The translations under genes were made by a program, and so were the position numbers. Shown one piece after another: positions 9,104-19,194 of a DNA stretch of 64,000 nt (position 1 is its first letter; every line of letters starts with the position of its first letter). The stretch comes from Candidatus Shapirobacteria bacterium (GTDB lineage Bacteria > Patescibacteriota > Microgenomatia > UBA12405). The notes under the pieces were generated by a model. That model did no database searches, was not told the origin of the DNA, and saw only the letters and a program-made list of their open reading frames with translations. The stretch lies in contig JACPHO010000001.1 of NCBI GenBank assembly GCA_016188545.1, positions 483,324 through 547,323 of the forward strand, given 5' to 3'.

Positions 9104-10164
9104 GACCGTTTCAAACCAACCCCATAATTACTTACTCAAAAAAAACATTTATGGGGTTGTGGGATTTTATATCTAATCATAAAAGAATAAAGTTTCTTTT
9201 CGCACCTTCAAACGACACCATGGTCTACTGGATGTATCCAATTTATAAGAATCTACCAAATAGTTCATTCATTGTTTTTCCAAAAATTAATGAAAATGCT
9301 GAAAAGGTATTGCAGGATCTAAAACTAGATTACTATAAATACGAGGTTGGCATCACCAAACAAATACGACCTCAGATTGTCATCGTCGGCAATGACTGGG
9401 GTTGGTCAGAGATGGATCTAATTAAAGAGTGTCATGAGACTAGGATTACCACTGTTGGGATCATGGAAGGACTGTGTAAAATCGAAGAAATAATTCCCTA
9501 CAAAACAGTCGACTATTTTTTCTCACTTGGTGTTATTCCATCAAAAGACCTTCACTATTTAAAAAATAAAGTCAATACCGGTAATCCAAAATTCGACAAA
9601 ATTAAAAAAACACCATTTCCAAAAACCCAACGAGTGTTGATAAACTCAAATTTTGCCTACGGTAACCAAAAAGATAAGAGTCACATCTGGATTGGTGATA
9701 CTACAACAGTATGCAAAAAAAATTCAATCGATTTTTTAATTGCCAAGCACCCCCGAGATGAAGCTAAAATTAACAAAAGTTTGCCATCAGTTTTATCTAA
9801 CGCCTCAAAAATTTCCAAGTTAATCCGTAACAGCACCATTGTAATATCCAGGAGCAGCACCATCATTTACGAAGCGATAAAGGCAGGCAGAATTGTAATT
9901 GTCTACAACCTCTTTAATGAAACAATTGGCCCACTCGAACATCAAAAAAACAGTCACCTATTTTTCAAAACAAATTCAAAAACTCAACTTAATAACACCT
10001 TAAAACATGTTCTCCACTCACTAAAAAACTACGATTACACCATAAATAATCAAGAATACAACCTATTTATTAAAAACCATCTAACTACAAAATCCTCATC
10101 TGCGAAGCTATGTGTAAAGTATTTAAAAAAAATACTACAAAAAAAACTTCTTCAGTCTGGTTAA
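9100..10164 (+). CDS. Putative GT-B-like glycosyl/glycerophosphotransferase or capsule-biosynthesis-like protein
   Basis: C-terminal NSTIVISRSSTIIYEAIKAGRIVIVYN resembles the nucleotide-sugar binding half of TagF/Kps-type GT-B enzymes. Weak. Confidence 0.3.
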   Translation: MRPFQTNPIITYSKKTFMGLWDFISNHKRIKFLFAPSNDTMVYWMYPIYKNLPNSSFIVFPKINENAEKVLQDLKLDYYKYEVGITKQIRPQIVIVGNDWGWSEMDLIKECHETRITTVGIMEGLCKIEEIIPYKTVDYFFSLGVIPSKDLHYLKNKVNTGNPKFDKIKKTPFPKTQRVLINSNFAYGNQKDKSHIWIGDTTTVCKKNSIDFLIAKHPRDEAKINKSLPSVLSNASKISKLIRNSTIVISRSSTIIYEAIKAGRIVIVYNLFNETIGPLEHQKNSHLFFKTNSKTQLNNTLKHVLHSLKNYDYTINNQEYNLFIKNHLTTKSSSAKLCVKYLKKILQKKLLQSG

Positions 10165-11025
10165 CGGAAATATTTTTGTGCTATATTTAATTATTCTCGG
10201 CACCCGTGATTCGCGAACAACACCACTGTCAACCAACTTTAACAAATTGGTCTTTAGACACAATCTGTCGTATTCTTTTTTTAGCTCACCTTTTTTATAC
10301 AACACGTACCATGCCTTCCAGTGCCAACCAATGTTTGGATCGCCAAGAGGATTTTTCTCGTAGGAAGAGCCTCCATTTATCACTTTTTTTTCAAAATGAG
10401 CATACGATCTAATCGGAAAGTGGTGGATAAACAAATTTCTTAAAATCTGTTTTTCACTCATTTCAACATCTTTTACAAAATGATTACCATATGAAATTTT
10501 GCAAAACTTATTTGAAGTCACCACTTTAGGTGAGTATTCGTAGAGCAAAAACTTACTGCTTTTCATATCGTATAGACTATCGGGATATTTTAAAGGACAA
10601 GAAACAATGTATTTGAAATTGTCAAAATTAAAATCCAGAATCGTTTTTGTTGGTGGAGGAAGATAGTTAATTACATTAACATATCCAACACTATCTACTT
10701 GACCTATCAGTGTTTTTAAACTAGCATCCCTGCCTGCTGTCCACAACTCATCTGCATCAGAATGTATTAAATAGTCTGCACCATTTTCTATTTCAAGTTT
10801 TGCCATCCTACTTACCCACTTATCTTGCTCATAGGTATGTTTACTCTCAATTGTGTAGTCCAAATACTTCATCCTTTTATATTTTTCCAGAATCTCAACG
10901 GTTCCATCTACAGATCCGTTATCAGTTACTCTAATCCAATCAACACCCTGATTTAAATGATGACATATATTCGCCTCAAGGATATCCTCTTCATCCCGCA
11001 CCAACAAAGTCATTACCAGTTTCAT
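10135..11025 (-). CDS. Glycosyltransferase, GT-A fold (family 2-like)
   Basis: MKLVMTLLVRDEEDILEANICHHLNQGVDWIRVTDNGSVDGT matches the GT2 DXD region (HSDADELW). Confidence 0.55.
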   Translation of the reverse strand: MKLVMTLLVRDEEDILEANICHHLNQGVDWIRVTDNGSVDGTVEILEKYKRMKYLDYTIESKHTYEQDKWVSRMAKLEIENGADYLIHSDADELWTAGRDASLKTLIGQVDSVGYVNVINYLPPPTKTILDFNFDNFKYIVSCPLKYPDSLYDMKSSKFLLYEYSPKVVTSNKFCKISYGNHFVKDVEMSEKQILRNLFIHHFPIRSYAHFEKKVINGGSSYEKNPLGDPNIGWHWKAWYVLYKKGELKKEYDRLCLKTNLLKLVDSGVVRESRVPRIIKYSTKIFPLTRLKKFFL

Positions 11026-11040
11026 CTTCTCATTATATTA

Positions 11041-11937
11041 CTAAATATTAACCTGATCCTTATATAAGTACTGTTTTTCATAAATCTGAAAACAGTTTTG
11101 ACACAATTTCGGTGGAGTTCTATTTTCAATTTTACTCCTTAAATCATTATATTTTGAGTTAGTCCATATTTTCTCTAAACTAGATTCTAAAATATTTCCC
11201 ATAACACTTTGGCTAGTCAAATCATAACAACAAGGGACGACATCTCCATTCCACCTAATTGTCAATGTACTAATAATGTGATCACAAAAATTTGCTATCA
11301 GCTTACTTTTTGTCTTGTTTCTTCCGGGATATTCAGGCCACATATATGAATAATATGACTTAATTTCTATTTCGTCAGTCCAATCAGCAAATTTTTCAAG
11401 TATATTATTAGGCGAATAAATAACCTTTAAGTCTGTATTCCGACTCGGGACTTGAATATTATGAATAACAACTTCAACCTTTGAACCGCATTCTTTCTTT
11501 CTCTTAAGCAATTTAATAATTTGATTTGAAATCTGCAAAAAATCACTACCTCTTCTTATATTATTATTTTCGACGACAGACGAGCCATCTAGTGAAAATT
11601 CAATTCGAGACAATGGTGATAATAATATTTTTTCGATGATTTCATCAGTCATCAACGAACCATTTGTATTTAATTTGACAAACTCAGAAATAGTTGCCAC
11701 TTTATCTATCATGTAAAACAGATCTTTTGAAATTAATGGTTCTCCACCATGATAGAGTACAGCCGACTTAAATCTATAAATATTTATTTTGCTAAAGACC
11801 AAATCGAAAATTTGTCTCGACATAATACCTGCGCTTTTATTTAAACCAATTCCCACAGTACAATGCTGGCAACGAAAGTTACATAATCCGCTTGGTTCTA
11901 TTCTTATAACTATTGGCAGTATAAATTTTTTTTTCAT
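11041..11937 (-). CDS. Radical SAM protein
   Basis: CNFRCQHC is the CX3CX2C motif near the N-terminus. C-terminal Cys pairs suggest an auxiliary cluster. Confidence 0.75.
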   Translation of the reverse strand: MKKKFILPIVIRIEPSGLCNFRCQHCTVGIGLNKSAGIMSRQIFDLVFSKINIYRFKSAVLYHGGEPLISKDLFYMIDKVATISEFVKLNTNGSLMTDEIIEKILLSPLSRIEFSLDGSSVVENNNIRRGSDFLQISNQIIKLLKRKKECGSKVEVVIHNIQVPSRNTDLKVIYSPNNILEKFADWTDEIEIKSYYSYMWPEYPGRNKTKSKLIANFCDHIISTLTIRWNGDVVPCCYDLTSQSVMGNILESSLEKIWTNSKYNDLRSKIENRTPPKLCQNCFQIYEKQYLYKDQVNI

Positions 11938-12641
11938 CTTAGATGCAAAACGTGTGTATACGCTATTCCGTGACCATAATTATCACCCACAAGACCCAAT
12001 CCTTTAGTTGACCTTATTATCTTAAAACCGGATTTTTTTATTTTATCTACAAGTTTTTTCGGGGTCAAACTAACAGGATGCATTGGATTAGTTTCCTTAT
12101 GAATGTCGACCGATAGTAAAAATTCACCATCATCCTGCAAATACTTGTAGCAATTTTCCAAAACCTTATCTACATCAAACATATGGTCAAATACATTAAT
12201 ACACATAATAAATTTAACTGCACCTTCCAACTCTTTTATTGTCTTCTCAGCTGGTGCTGAAAATACTTTATAAGCATCATTCAAGTCATTCCAGGGTACA
12301 GTCTTAATAAAATCACTTCCCAGTGGTTCAATTCCTACAATCAAGGCATCGGTAAAAAACTTACTACGTAATTTTGAACCACATCCCAAGTCTATTATTA
12401 CCTGGCCTTTAAACATTGTTCTTTTGTACCCAAAACCTTCCATTAACTTTATTGTTTGTTCCATAAAACCTGCTGTATTCCGCCATTCATTCGTTTGATG
12501 AAAGATCAGTTCTCCCGGCTGAGCCTCCTTTTTCCAAGCTGTTTTTGCGATATTTTTCATAAATAATTCTACAACATCTGTTACTTTATACACAAATACA
12601 AGACAGTATCGGCATATAAAGTCGGGCTTTGAAAATACCAT
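11934..12641 (-). CDS. Class I SAM-dependent methyltransferase
   Basis: VIIDLGCGSKL glycine-rich motif I. Confidence 0.6.
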   Translation of the reverse strand: MVFSKPDFICRYCLVFVYKVTDVVELFMKNIAKTAWKKEAQPGELIFHQTNEWRNTAGFMEQTIKLMEGFGYKRTMFKGQVIIDLGCGSKLRSKFFTDALIVGIEPLGSDFIKTVPWNDLNDAYKVFSAPAEKTIKELEGAVKFIMCINVFDHMFDVDKVLENCYKYLQDDGEFLLSVDIHKETNPMHPVSLTPKKLVDKIKKSGFKIIRSTKGLGLVGDNYGHGIAYTHVLHLR

Positions 12642-14311
12642 GCCGCCGGATTTATTTTTACCTGGTCACAGTTTCGATTTTTGGTCCAATAAATTGATTT
12701 TAAATTCAACCATTGTGTGTTGCCTATCACCAAAATCTCACTTTCCTCGTCAACCTTTTTTAACAATGATTTAAAATCATCCGAAATCTGATTACTATTT
12801 GTCAGTTCATTGTATTTAGCTGTGTCAACCGCTTGAACTACCGATGCTCCATTCACGCTAGCCAGATAAGCCAAAAATGACTCCTGCCCACGATAGGCAA
12901 TAATCACCGTTCTCTTTTTATCCAATATCGATTTATAGCTATTTTCGATATCCTCCAACCTATCTTTACCAATTAATCGCCAACCATCAACATAATGTTT
13001 TATGAAGTAAGGCCTGTCGGCCGAACTCTTCAACCACTGTAAGTCGGGTCTCCATCCAAAATCAGTCGACACCGAATTAAAACACAAACCCACAAATATC
13101 AGCAACCACCACCAATATTTTTTAAACTTAAAATCATATTTAACTTTAAGTTCATTTATCAGGTACAACCAGTAGACAGCCACAAAAGTCAACAAATATC
13201 GTGAATATCCCATCAATACCGACCATAATAAATAACTAAAAACGAAAATGGCATATTTCCATTTTCGTTTTACCAACAACATCCACCACGACCACAAATA
13301 GGGGACTGCCCAAAAACTGGCAAAAAAGTACTTGGCATTATCATTTACCAAACCTTCTCCATATCTTAACGTAAACTGCCCAACAATCGGCCACAACAAA
13401 ACTTCCCACCAGTTTTGAGGTCCCCATCTTGCATCCTTAAAACTCGTCAAAGAGTAAAGTGGGGACTTAAAAAAACCGTTGTACAAAAACGAAATCGGGT
13501 TACCGGTATTAATATATGATGCTCCAAAAAAGATAAATATCGGTATCAAAAACAAAAACACCCAAATCCATTTAATATCTTTTTTCTTTTGCCAAACCAA
13601 ATACAAAAACAATGGCATCAAGACTATTCCTGCCGATTGTTTAATAATCATGGACAACAAACCGACAATCACCCCCAAAGTTCGATTTCCTTTATTAGTC
13701 GCCAACTGATAAAACATCTCTACTCCCAGCACCAACGTCAAAAAATCTACCATGAACGTCGTGTGTGTCGCCATCAAGTGGGGTACAAAAAAGACGTATA
13801 AAAATATTAAATCCCAAGCAATTTTTTTATTTTTATTTTTTTCAACATGCTTTAATCTCAAATTTATGGATATGTACCATCCAATCAACAAAATACCATT
13901 AACCAACAAACTCAAACGAAAACCCAAGATATTCAATAAAAATGGATATATCAGCTGAGCTACAGGATAAACATATGAACCGTAATCCAGAGGTAAAAAA
14001 TTTGTCGCCTGCCATAGGTTTTTCGCATATCCACCGACCTCCAAATGGAACGCAAAATCGTCGTAGACTGGATAATAAATCGGAAAACGGCTCAATAACA
14101 CTATCCACAATGGCACTGTCCACCAAAGGTCAATTAATCTAATTCTTTTGTACTTGTCAATGCCACATTTCCTTAAAACTCTCCACAAAATTAACCACAA
14201 TAACACCAAACTCCAGTTAAAAATATCTTTATCAATATCCGGGAAAACCGAAGCCATAGCCAAACCTACAACCCCAGACATCAAAAAACTGATATATATA
14301 GATCTCATCAC
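12581..14311 (-). CDS. Polytopic membrane protein, putative GT-C fold glycosyltransferase
   Basis: 576 aa with more than 10 TM helices. Early loop motif YDDFAFHLEVGGY resembles the GT-C acidic loop. C-terminal soluble domain. Confidence 0.4.
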   Translation of the reverse strand: MMRSIYISFLMSGVVGLAMASVFPDIDKDIFNWSLVLLWLILWRVLRKCGIDKYKRIRLIDLWWTVPLWIVLLSRFPIYYPVYDDFAFHLEVGGYAKNLWQATNFLPLDYGSYVYPVAQLIYPFLLNILGFRLSLLVNGILLIGWYISINLRLKHVEKNKNKKIAWDLIFLYVFFVPHLMATHTTFMVDFLTLVLGVEMFYQLATNKGNRTLGVIVGLLSMIIKQSAGIVLMPLFLYLVWQKKKDIKWIWVFLFLIPIFIFFGASYINTGNPISFLYNGFFKSPLYSLTSFKDARWGPQNWWEVLLWPIVGQFTLRYGEGLVNDNAKYFFASFWAVPYLWSWWMLLVKRKWKYAIFVFSYLLWSVLMGYSRYLLTFVAVYWLYLINELKVKYDFKFKKYWWWLLIFVGLCFNSVSTDFGWRPDLQWLKSSADRPYFIKHYVDGWRLIGKDRLEDIENSYKSILDKKRTVIIAYRGQESFLAYLASVNGASVVQAVDTAKYNELTNSNQISDDFKSLLKKVDEESEILVIGNTQWLNLKSIYWTKNRNCDQVKINPAAWYFQSPTLYADTVLYLCIK

Positions 14312-14322
14312 AACTTGACTTC

Positions 14323-15729
14323 ATGATATCATCACATCAAATGCTTTTCAGTTCAAATATATTTTTATTTGTTTTTCTGCCCTTAGTCTTAATCTCATAC
14401 TACTGTCTTCAAAAAATAGTCAAGCTGCCAATTATTTTTCTAAATCTTTTTCTAGTTTTTTGCAGTCTTTCTTTCTTTTATTGGGGAAGTGGTAAGTTCA
14501 TCATCGTTTTCTTTGGCTCAATAATATTCAACTTTATCTTTGGCCAACTAATTGGGAAATTGAATGCACTCAAGAAAAGCCTCCTTGCAACTGCCATAAT
14601 TATCAACCTGTCTCTTCTCGTGTATTTCAAGTATTTCAGCTTTTTCTACCAGCAATCATCTATTATTTTCGATTTAAACTTACCTCAAATTAATCCTATT
14701 TTTCTTCCCATCGGCATTTCCTTTTATACTTTTATGGCCATTTCCTACCTCGTTGATATCTATCAACAAAAGCAAAAACCAGCCAACATCATTAATTTTG
14801 CACTTTATATCAGCTTATTTCCCCACCTTGTCGCCGGCCCCATTGTTCGTTATCAAGAAATTGCCGACAAAATCAAAAAAAGACAACCAAACATCGACCA
14901 ATTTTTCGATGGACTCTGGCGATTTTCGATAGGTTTGGGAAAAAAAGTTATCATTGCCAACTCAGTTGGACAGCTGGCCGATAAAGTTTTTTCTCTTCCA
15001 CAAAACGAAATTGGCTCTGTATTAGCCATCCTGGGAATTCTTGCTTATACAATCCAAATATATTTTGATTTTTCCGGCTATTCCGATATGGCAATTGGTT
15101 TGGCATCTTTTTTTGGTTTTAGCTTTCCAGAAAATTTTAATAACCCATATCAGGCTACCTCAATCACCGATTTTTGGCGTCGCTGGCACATGTCTCTTTC
15201 GCGATTTTTCCGCGATTATCTTTACATTCCCCTTGGTGGCAGTCGCCTAGGATCAATCAGGACCTATTTCAATTTACTAATTGTATTCATACTCTGCGGT
15301 CTCTGGCACGGTGCTGCCTGGACCTTTGTAGTTTGGGGCTTATATCACGGTCTATTACTGGCTATCGAACGAATTGCTAAAAACAAATTTGGATTTGTGC
15401 CTAGTGGTAAGATATTTCAGTTAATAACTTTCTTACTCGTTTCGTTGGGTTGGATAATTTTCCGCTCGCCCAATTTTTCCTTTGCCATTTCATATATCAA
15501 TAATATATTTGCATTCTCTACCGCCCTACCCCAATTTTATACCCTCCGATATTTTGTTCCCAACAACATCGCCTTCTTTTTAGTACTGGGATTAGTCTTT
15601 TCTTTTGTTCCTCTTTCCAAACCAAAAAATACAATTGTTTGCGGGTTAATTGCAATATTTATATTAATTACCTCTTTGGCTTTTCTTTCCAAGACCTCAT
15701 TTACCCCATTTATTTATTTTCAATTTTAA
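14323..15729 (+). CDS. MBOAT family O-acyltransferase (AlgI/DltB-like)
   Basis: WRRWHMSLSRFFRDYLYIPLGGSR is the MBOAT signature, with the conserved His at WHGAAW. Confidence 0.85.
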   Translation: MISSHQMLFSSNIFLFVFLPLVLISYYCLQKIVKLPIIFLNLFLVFCSLSFFYWGSGKFIIVFFGSIIFNFIFGQLIGKLNALKKSLLATAIIINLSLLVYFKYFSFFYQQSSIIFDLNLPQINPIFLPIGISFYTFMAISYLVDIYQQKQKPANIINFALYISLFPHLVAGPIVRYQEIADKIKKRQPNIDQFFDGLWRFSIGLGKKVIIANSVGQLADKVFSLPQNEIGSVLAILGILAYTIQIYFDFSGYSDMAIGLASFFGFSFPENFNNPYQATSITDFWRRWHMSLSRFFRDYLYIPLGGSRLGSIRTYFNLLIVFILCGLWHGAAWTFVVWGLYHGLLLAIERIAKNKFGFVPSGKIFQLITFLLVSLGWIIFRSPNFSFAISYINNIFAFSTALPQFYTLRYFVPNNIAFFLVLGLVFSFVPLSKPKNTIVCGLIAIFILITSLAFLSKTSFTPFIYFQF

Positions 15730-16916
15730 TGTCATCCGTCATGTTTTGGCATAATTTAAAATTAATTCTAATATCTACATTAATTGGGAGTGTTTCTGTT
15801 TTTATCTTTCGTAAAAAAATTAATCAAAAAGTCTTATTCATCGCTATCTTTTTGTTACTGCTGGTTTTTCCACATATTCAGACTAAAACTAATATAATTA
15901 GATATCGACCATTAGAGGAAAACAGGAAAAAACTGACTATTCCTCCAGGTAACTTTATTACCGAAATATATAACAATCAAAAAATTTATACCCTTGCTTA
16001 CGAAAAATATTTTAATGACAACTACGGTTTACGCGACCTATTTATCCGTCTCAAAAACCAAATTGACTATTCTCTCTTTGGAGTTTCCGATGAAGTATTA
16101 TTGGGCAAAGATAACTGGCTATTTTACAAAAGCGTTGTCGAACGTGAAGAAATCCTGCTAGAACAACAAAGCGATGTTGATTTTCAAAATATCCAAGACA
16201 AGATCTTGGCATTAAACAAGTATTTCCAAGATCGAGGCATCCTGCTTGTCATGATGCCAGTCCCTATGAAGAATTCGGTCTATCCCGAGTATTACATCAA
16301 TCCCACCACTCGTCGACCCACCGTCACTAAGTTCGACAAGTTTATGACCTACCTCAAATCTCATCCGAAGATAAATACCATCGATGTTCCGGAAATTCTG
16401 TCAAAAAATAAGAACCAATACCAATTATTCTACAAAACAGATTTCCATTGGAACGATACTGCTGCCTATTTGATCTCTCAGGAGACCATCAAATCAATTA
16501 ATAAGTGGACAAATAACTCGACACCATGGATGTATCAATTGAACACTCGGGTTGACACCAATTTTGTCGGCGGTCAAACCAATTACCTAGCCACCTTGAC
16601 ATCCCCCAAAGAGGATGCCGTTCATGTAGCCAACTCTCCCAAAGGCTCAGTTCCAGATCCCGCCACCCCTAAGCCTTTTCTCTACTATTTTAAGTCACCT
16701 GTTACTAATCAAAAACTATTACCAAAGACCTTGTTTATCGGTAATTCCTACTTTCTCAACTTTCTCAACACCGGCATTATTGACCACTTTTCTGAGACTC
16801 TGATGATTCATAGCAACGACATGGCCAAAATCCCCTCAGCAGTACCCAAAGATGTCAAAATAGTTATCTGGCAACTAATCGAAGTTGATCTCCTCAAAGG
16901 ATTTCTGTTCAAATAA
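15729..16916 (+). CDS. AlgX/AlgJ/DHHW-like partner of MBOAT (SGNH-like acyl relay protein)
   Basis: TAATG overlap with the MBOAT stop. N-terminal TM anchor. KTDFHWNDTAAYLISQ resembles the DHHW/AlgJ motif. Confidence 0.5.
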   Translation: MSSVMFWHNLKLILISTLIGSVSVFIFRKKINQKVLFIAIFLLLLVFPHIQTKTNIIRYRPLEENRKKLTIPPGNFITEIYNNQKIYTLAYEKYFNDNYGLRDLFIRLKNQIDYSLFGVSDEVLLGKDNWLFYKSVVEREEILLEQQSDVDFQNIQDKILALNKYFQDRGILLVMMPVPMKNSVYPEYYINPTTRRPTVTKFDKFMTYLKSHPKINTIDVPEILSKNKNQYQLFYKTDFHWNDTAAYLISQETIKSINKWTNNSTPWMYQLNTRVDTNFVGGQTNYLATLTSPKEDAVHVANSPKGSVPDPATPKPFLYYFKSPVTNQKLLPKTLFIGNSYFLNFLNTGIIDHFSETLMIHSNDMAKIPSAVPKDVKIVIWQLIEVDLLKGFLFK

Positions 16917-18497
16917 ATGAAAATATCAAAATTTGAGATACTAACTATTTCTCTGCTATTTCTAATTACTTTTATTTTTCTTGCCAAAGCACTAAGTATT
17001 AATTGGTACAATGGTATGGGTGATAATGCCACATATGCCGATATTACCCAGACCATAGCCAAAACTGGCAAAACCCAAAGCCAAGTACTCTCCACCACCA
17101 TCGACTATATATTTAACCAAAAACTAGTTACTATCACTCCAGCTGAAATTATCAACTTAAAGCTAGAAACACACCTGTACAATCAAAACATTTTTAGATT
17201 TCATTTTACTCCGATCCAATACTTGTTTGCTTTACTATCAAAAATATTTCCCCTTCATATCTTATGGGAAAGCCTAACCGCCCTTTTTTATTTATCACTA
17301 CTATTTTTAACATATTTCTTGCTAAGAACAAAACAAATACCTATAGTTAGTGCCCTCATTTTAATCATTTTTATTTCTTTACATCCTGCCTGGAACATAT
17401 CTATCTTTGGTCAAATATATGTTGATAAAGTATTCTTATTGACAGCCACCATATTGCTATTTGCTCTAAGTCAAAAAAAACAATCCTTACTGCTCATCAC
17501 AGTATCCAGTCTAATTTCAGCTCTGATAATTGAAAAAACCGCTATTATCACCGGCATTCTTCTGATCTCATATTCACGATTATTTTGGAACCGGAAAAAT
17601 ACATCCTCTCAATTCAAAATATTTTTGTTGGGCTCAATTATCGGATTATATGGTTTTGTTATTGTCAGATTTTTTCTTGACAATAGTTACTACTCATCGT
17701 TTTTATCTTTGTCCTCCATCACTGGATTTGCTGACTATCTTTCTACTTACCCCAACGCCTATCAAAATCTTGTAACATTTTTGTTGATCAACGCTCCGTT
17801 TTTATTATTAGGATTTTTTGAATGGCGTGCTCTATTAATTGCCATTTTAATGATAATCCCCAACATCTTTGGCAATTTAGGTGGAGCCGAAAAAGTCGGC
17901 TGGGTAACCCACTATCACCTCATTTACTTTCCATTTCTCGTTTGGGCAGGAGTATTGGGCTACATCAATCTCCAAAAAAAATGGCTAAACAAATTTGGTA
18001 GATTGCTGTTAAACATAATTCTGATATCAACAACTATCATTTATGGCAATGTTTATAACCTAAAAACGTTTAAATTAAACCAAGATTCAATTACTAAAAC
18101 AGTTTATAGTTCTTGGCCAATGACAACCAGGACCATTTTAAGAGATTCAATTAATCCCCAGGGTAAATATCAACAACAAAAGCAACTCGAAAAATTTATT
18201 GCTGACAATATTCCTCTAAACTCAAAAGTTTCGGTTCCCGAAAACTTAATGATATATCTTTTTCAAAAAAATAGAGTTTATTACTACCCACTTGGCATTG
18301 ATGATGCCGACTATGCGGTGCTTCATGTTAACAAAAACGTTTCTCCATTTACATACTACGGAATATATACATTTATTGGCTCAGATAATAACACCAAAAT
18401 CGACAATATTCTTTTTGATAGAATGGTTAAACTCAAATATGACTTTAATCAATCCCTAATTTATAATGATGTTGCCATTATTAAACGAATCAAATAA
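16917..18497 (+). CDS. Polytopic membrane protein of unknown function
   Basis: 526 aa, about 12 TM helices, C-terminal soluble domain. Confidence 0.4.
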   Translation: MKISKFEILTISLLFLITFIFLAKALSINWYNGMGDNATYADITQTIAKTGKTQSQVLSTTIDYIFNQKLVTITPAEIINLKLETHLYNQNIFRFHFTPIQYLFALLSKIFPLHILWESLTALFYLSLLFLTYFLLRTKQIPIVSALILIIFISLHPAWNISIFGQIYVDKVFLLTATILLFALSQKKQSLLLITVSSLISALIIEKTAIITGILLISYSRLFWNRKNTSSQFKIFLLGSIIGLYGFVIVRFFLDNSYYSSFLSLSSITGFADYLSTYPNAYQNLVTFLLINAPFLLLGFFEWRALLIAILMIIPNIFGNLGGAEKVGWVTHYHLIYFPFLVWAGVLGYINLQKKWLNKFGRLLLNIILISTTIIYGNVYNLKTFKLNQDSITKTVYSSWPMTTRTILRDSINPQGKYQQQKQLEKFIADNIPLNSKVSVPENLMIYLFQKNRVYYYPLGIDDADYAVLHVNKNVSPFTYYGIYTFIGSDNNTKIDNILFDRMVKLKYDFNQSLIYNDVAIIKRIK

Positions 18498-18504
18498 ATA
18501 ATAT

Positions 18505-19194
18505 ATGAAATACACTGGCGATAACGTGCTTGATACTATGGCCAATTGCGCTATAAACAGAAACAATTCGATTTATAACTTAATTGTCAAATATTTTAAT
18601 ATAAATAATTTATCAAAGCCAAAATCAATTCTCGAATTTGGCGCCGGTAGAGGCGAATTTATTAACCGATTTCTAAAATTTAAAAACCTGACTACTTTTG
18701 CCACCGAACTTGACAAATCATATCTAAAACTACTTCAACAAAAACACAAATCCTATATCGACTTAATACAGATAACCCAAAAAATAGACTATATTTTTGC
18801 CAATGATGTGCTAGAACACAACAAAAACGATACTGAAATTTTAATACAAATGTTTCAAAAATTAACAACTGGTGGACGACTCTTTATTTATGTTCCAGCC
18901 CGACCTGAACTATATTCGATATTTGATAAAAACATTGGACATTATCGTCGTTACACTATCAAGGACTTAAGATCAAAAGCAATAAAAGCTGGTTTTACTA
19001 TCCAAAAAATACAATATCATGACTTTTTGGGTTATTTTGCCGCAGTTTTTAACAAGTTTACTTCAAACGGTGAATTAAATCCCAGTGCGGTTCATTTTTA
19101 TGACAAACAACTTTTCCCCATATCTCAGTTTATCGAAAAACTTTTCCCAGTTCCAATTGGTAAGAGCATTATGATGGTAGCTATCAAAAAATGA
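18505..19194 (+). CDS. Class I SAM-dependent methyltransferase
   Basis: ILEFGAGRGEF motif I, DVLEH post-I. Confidence 0.6.
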   Translation: MKYTGDNVLDTMANCAINRNNSIYNLIVKYFNINNLSKPKSILEFGAGRGEFINRFLKFKNLTTFATELDKSYLKLLQQKHKSYIDLIQITQKIDYIFANDVLEHNKNDTEILIQMFQKLTTGGRLFIYVPARPELYSIFDKNIGHYRRYTIKDLRSKAIKAGFTIQKIQYHDFLGYFAAVFNKFTSNGELNPSAVHFYDKQLFPISQFIEKLFPVPIGKSIMMVAIKK

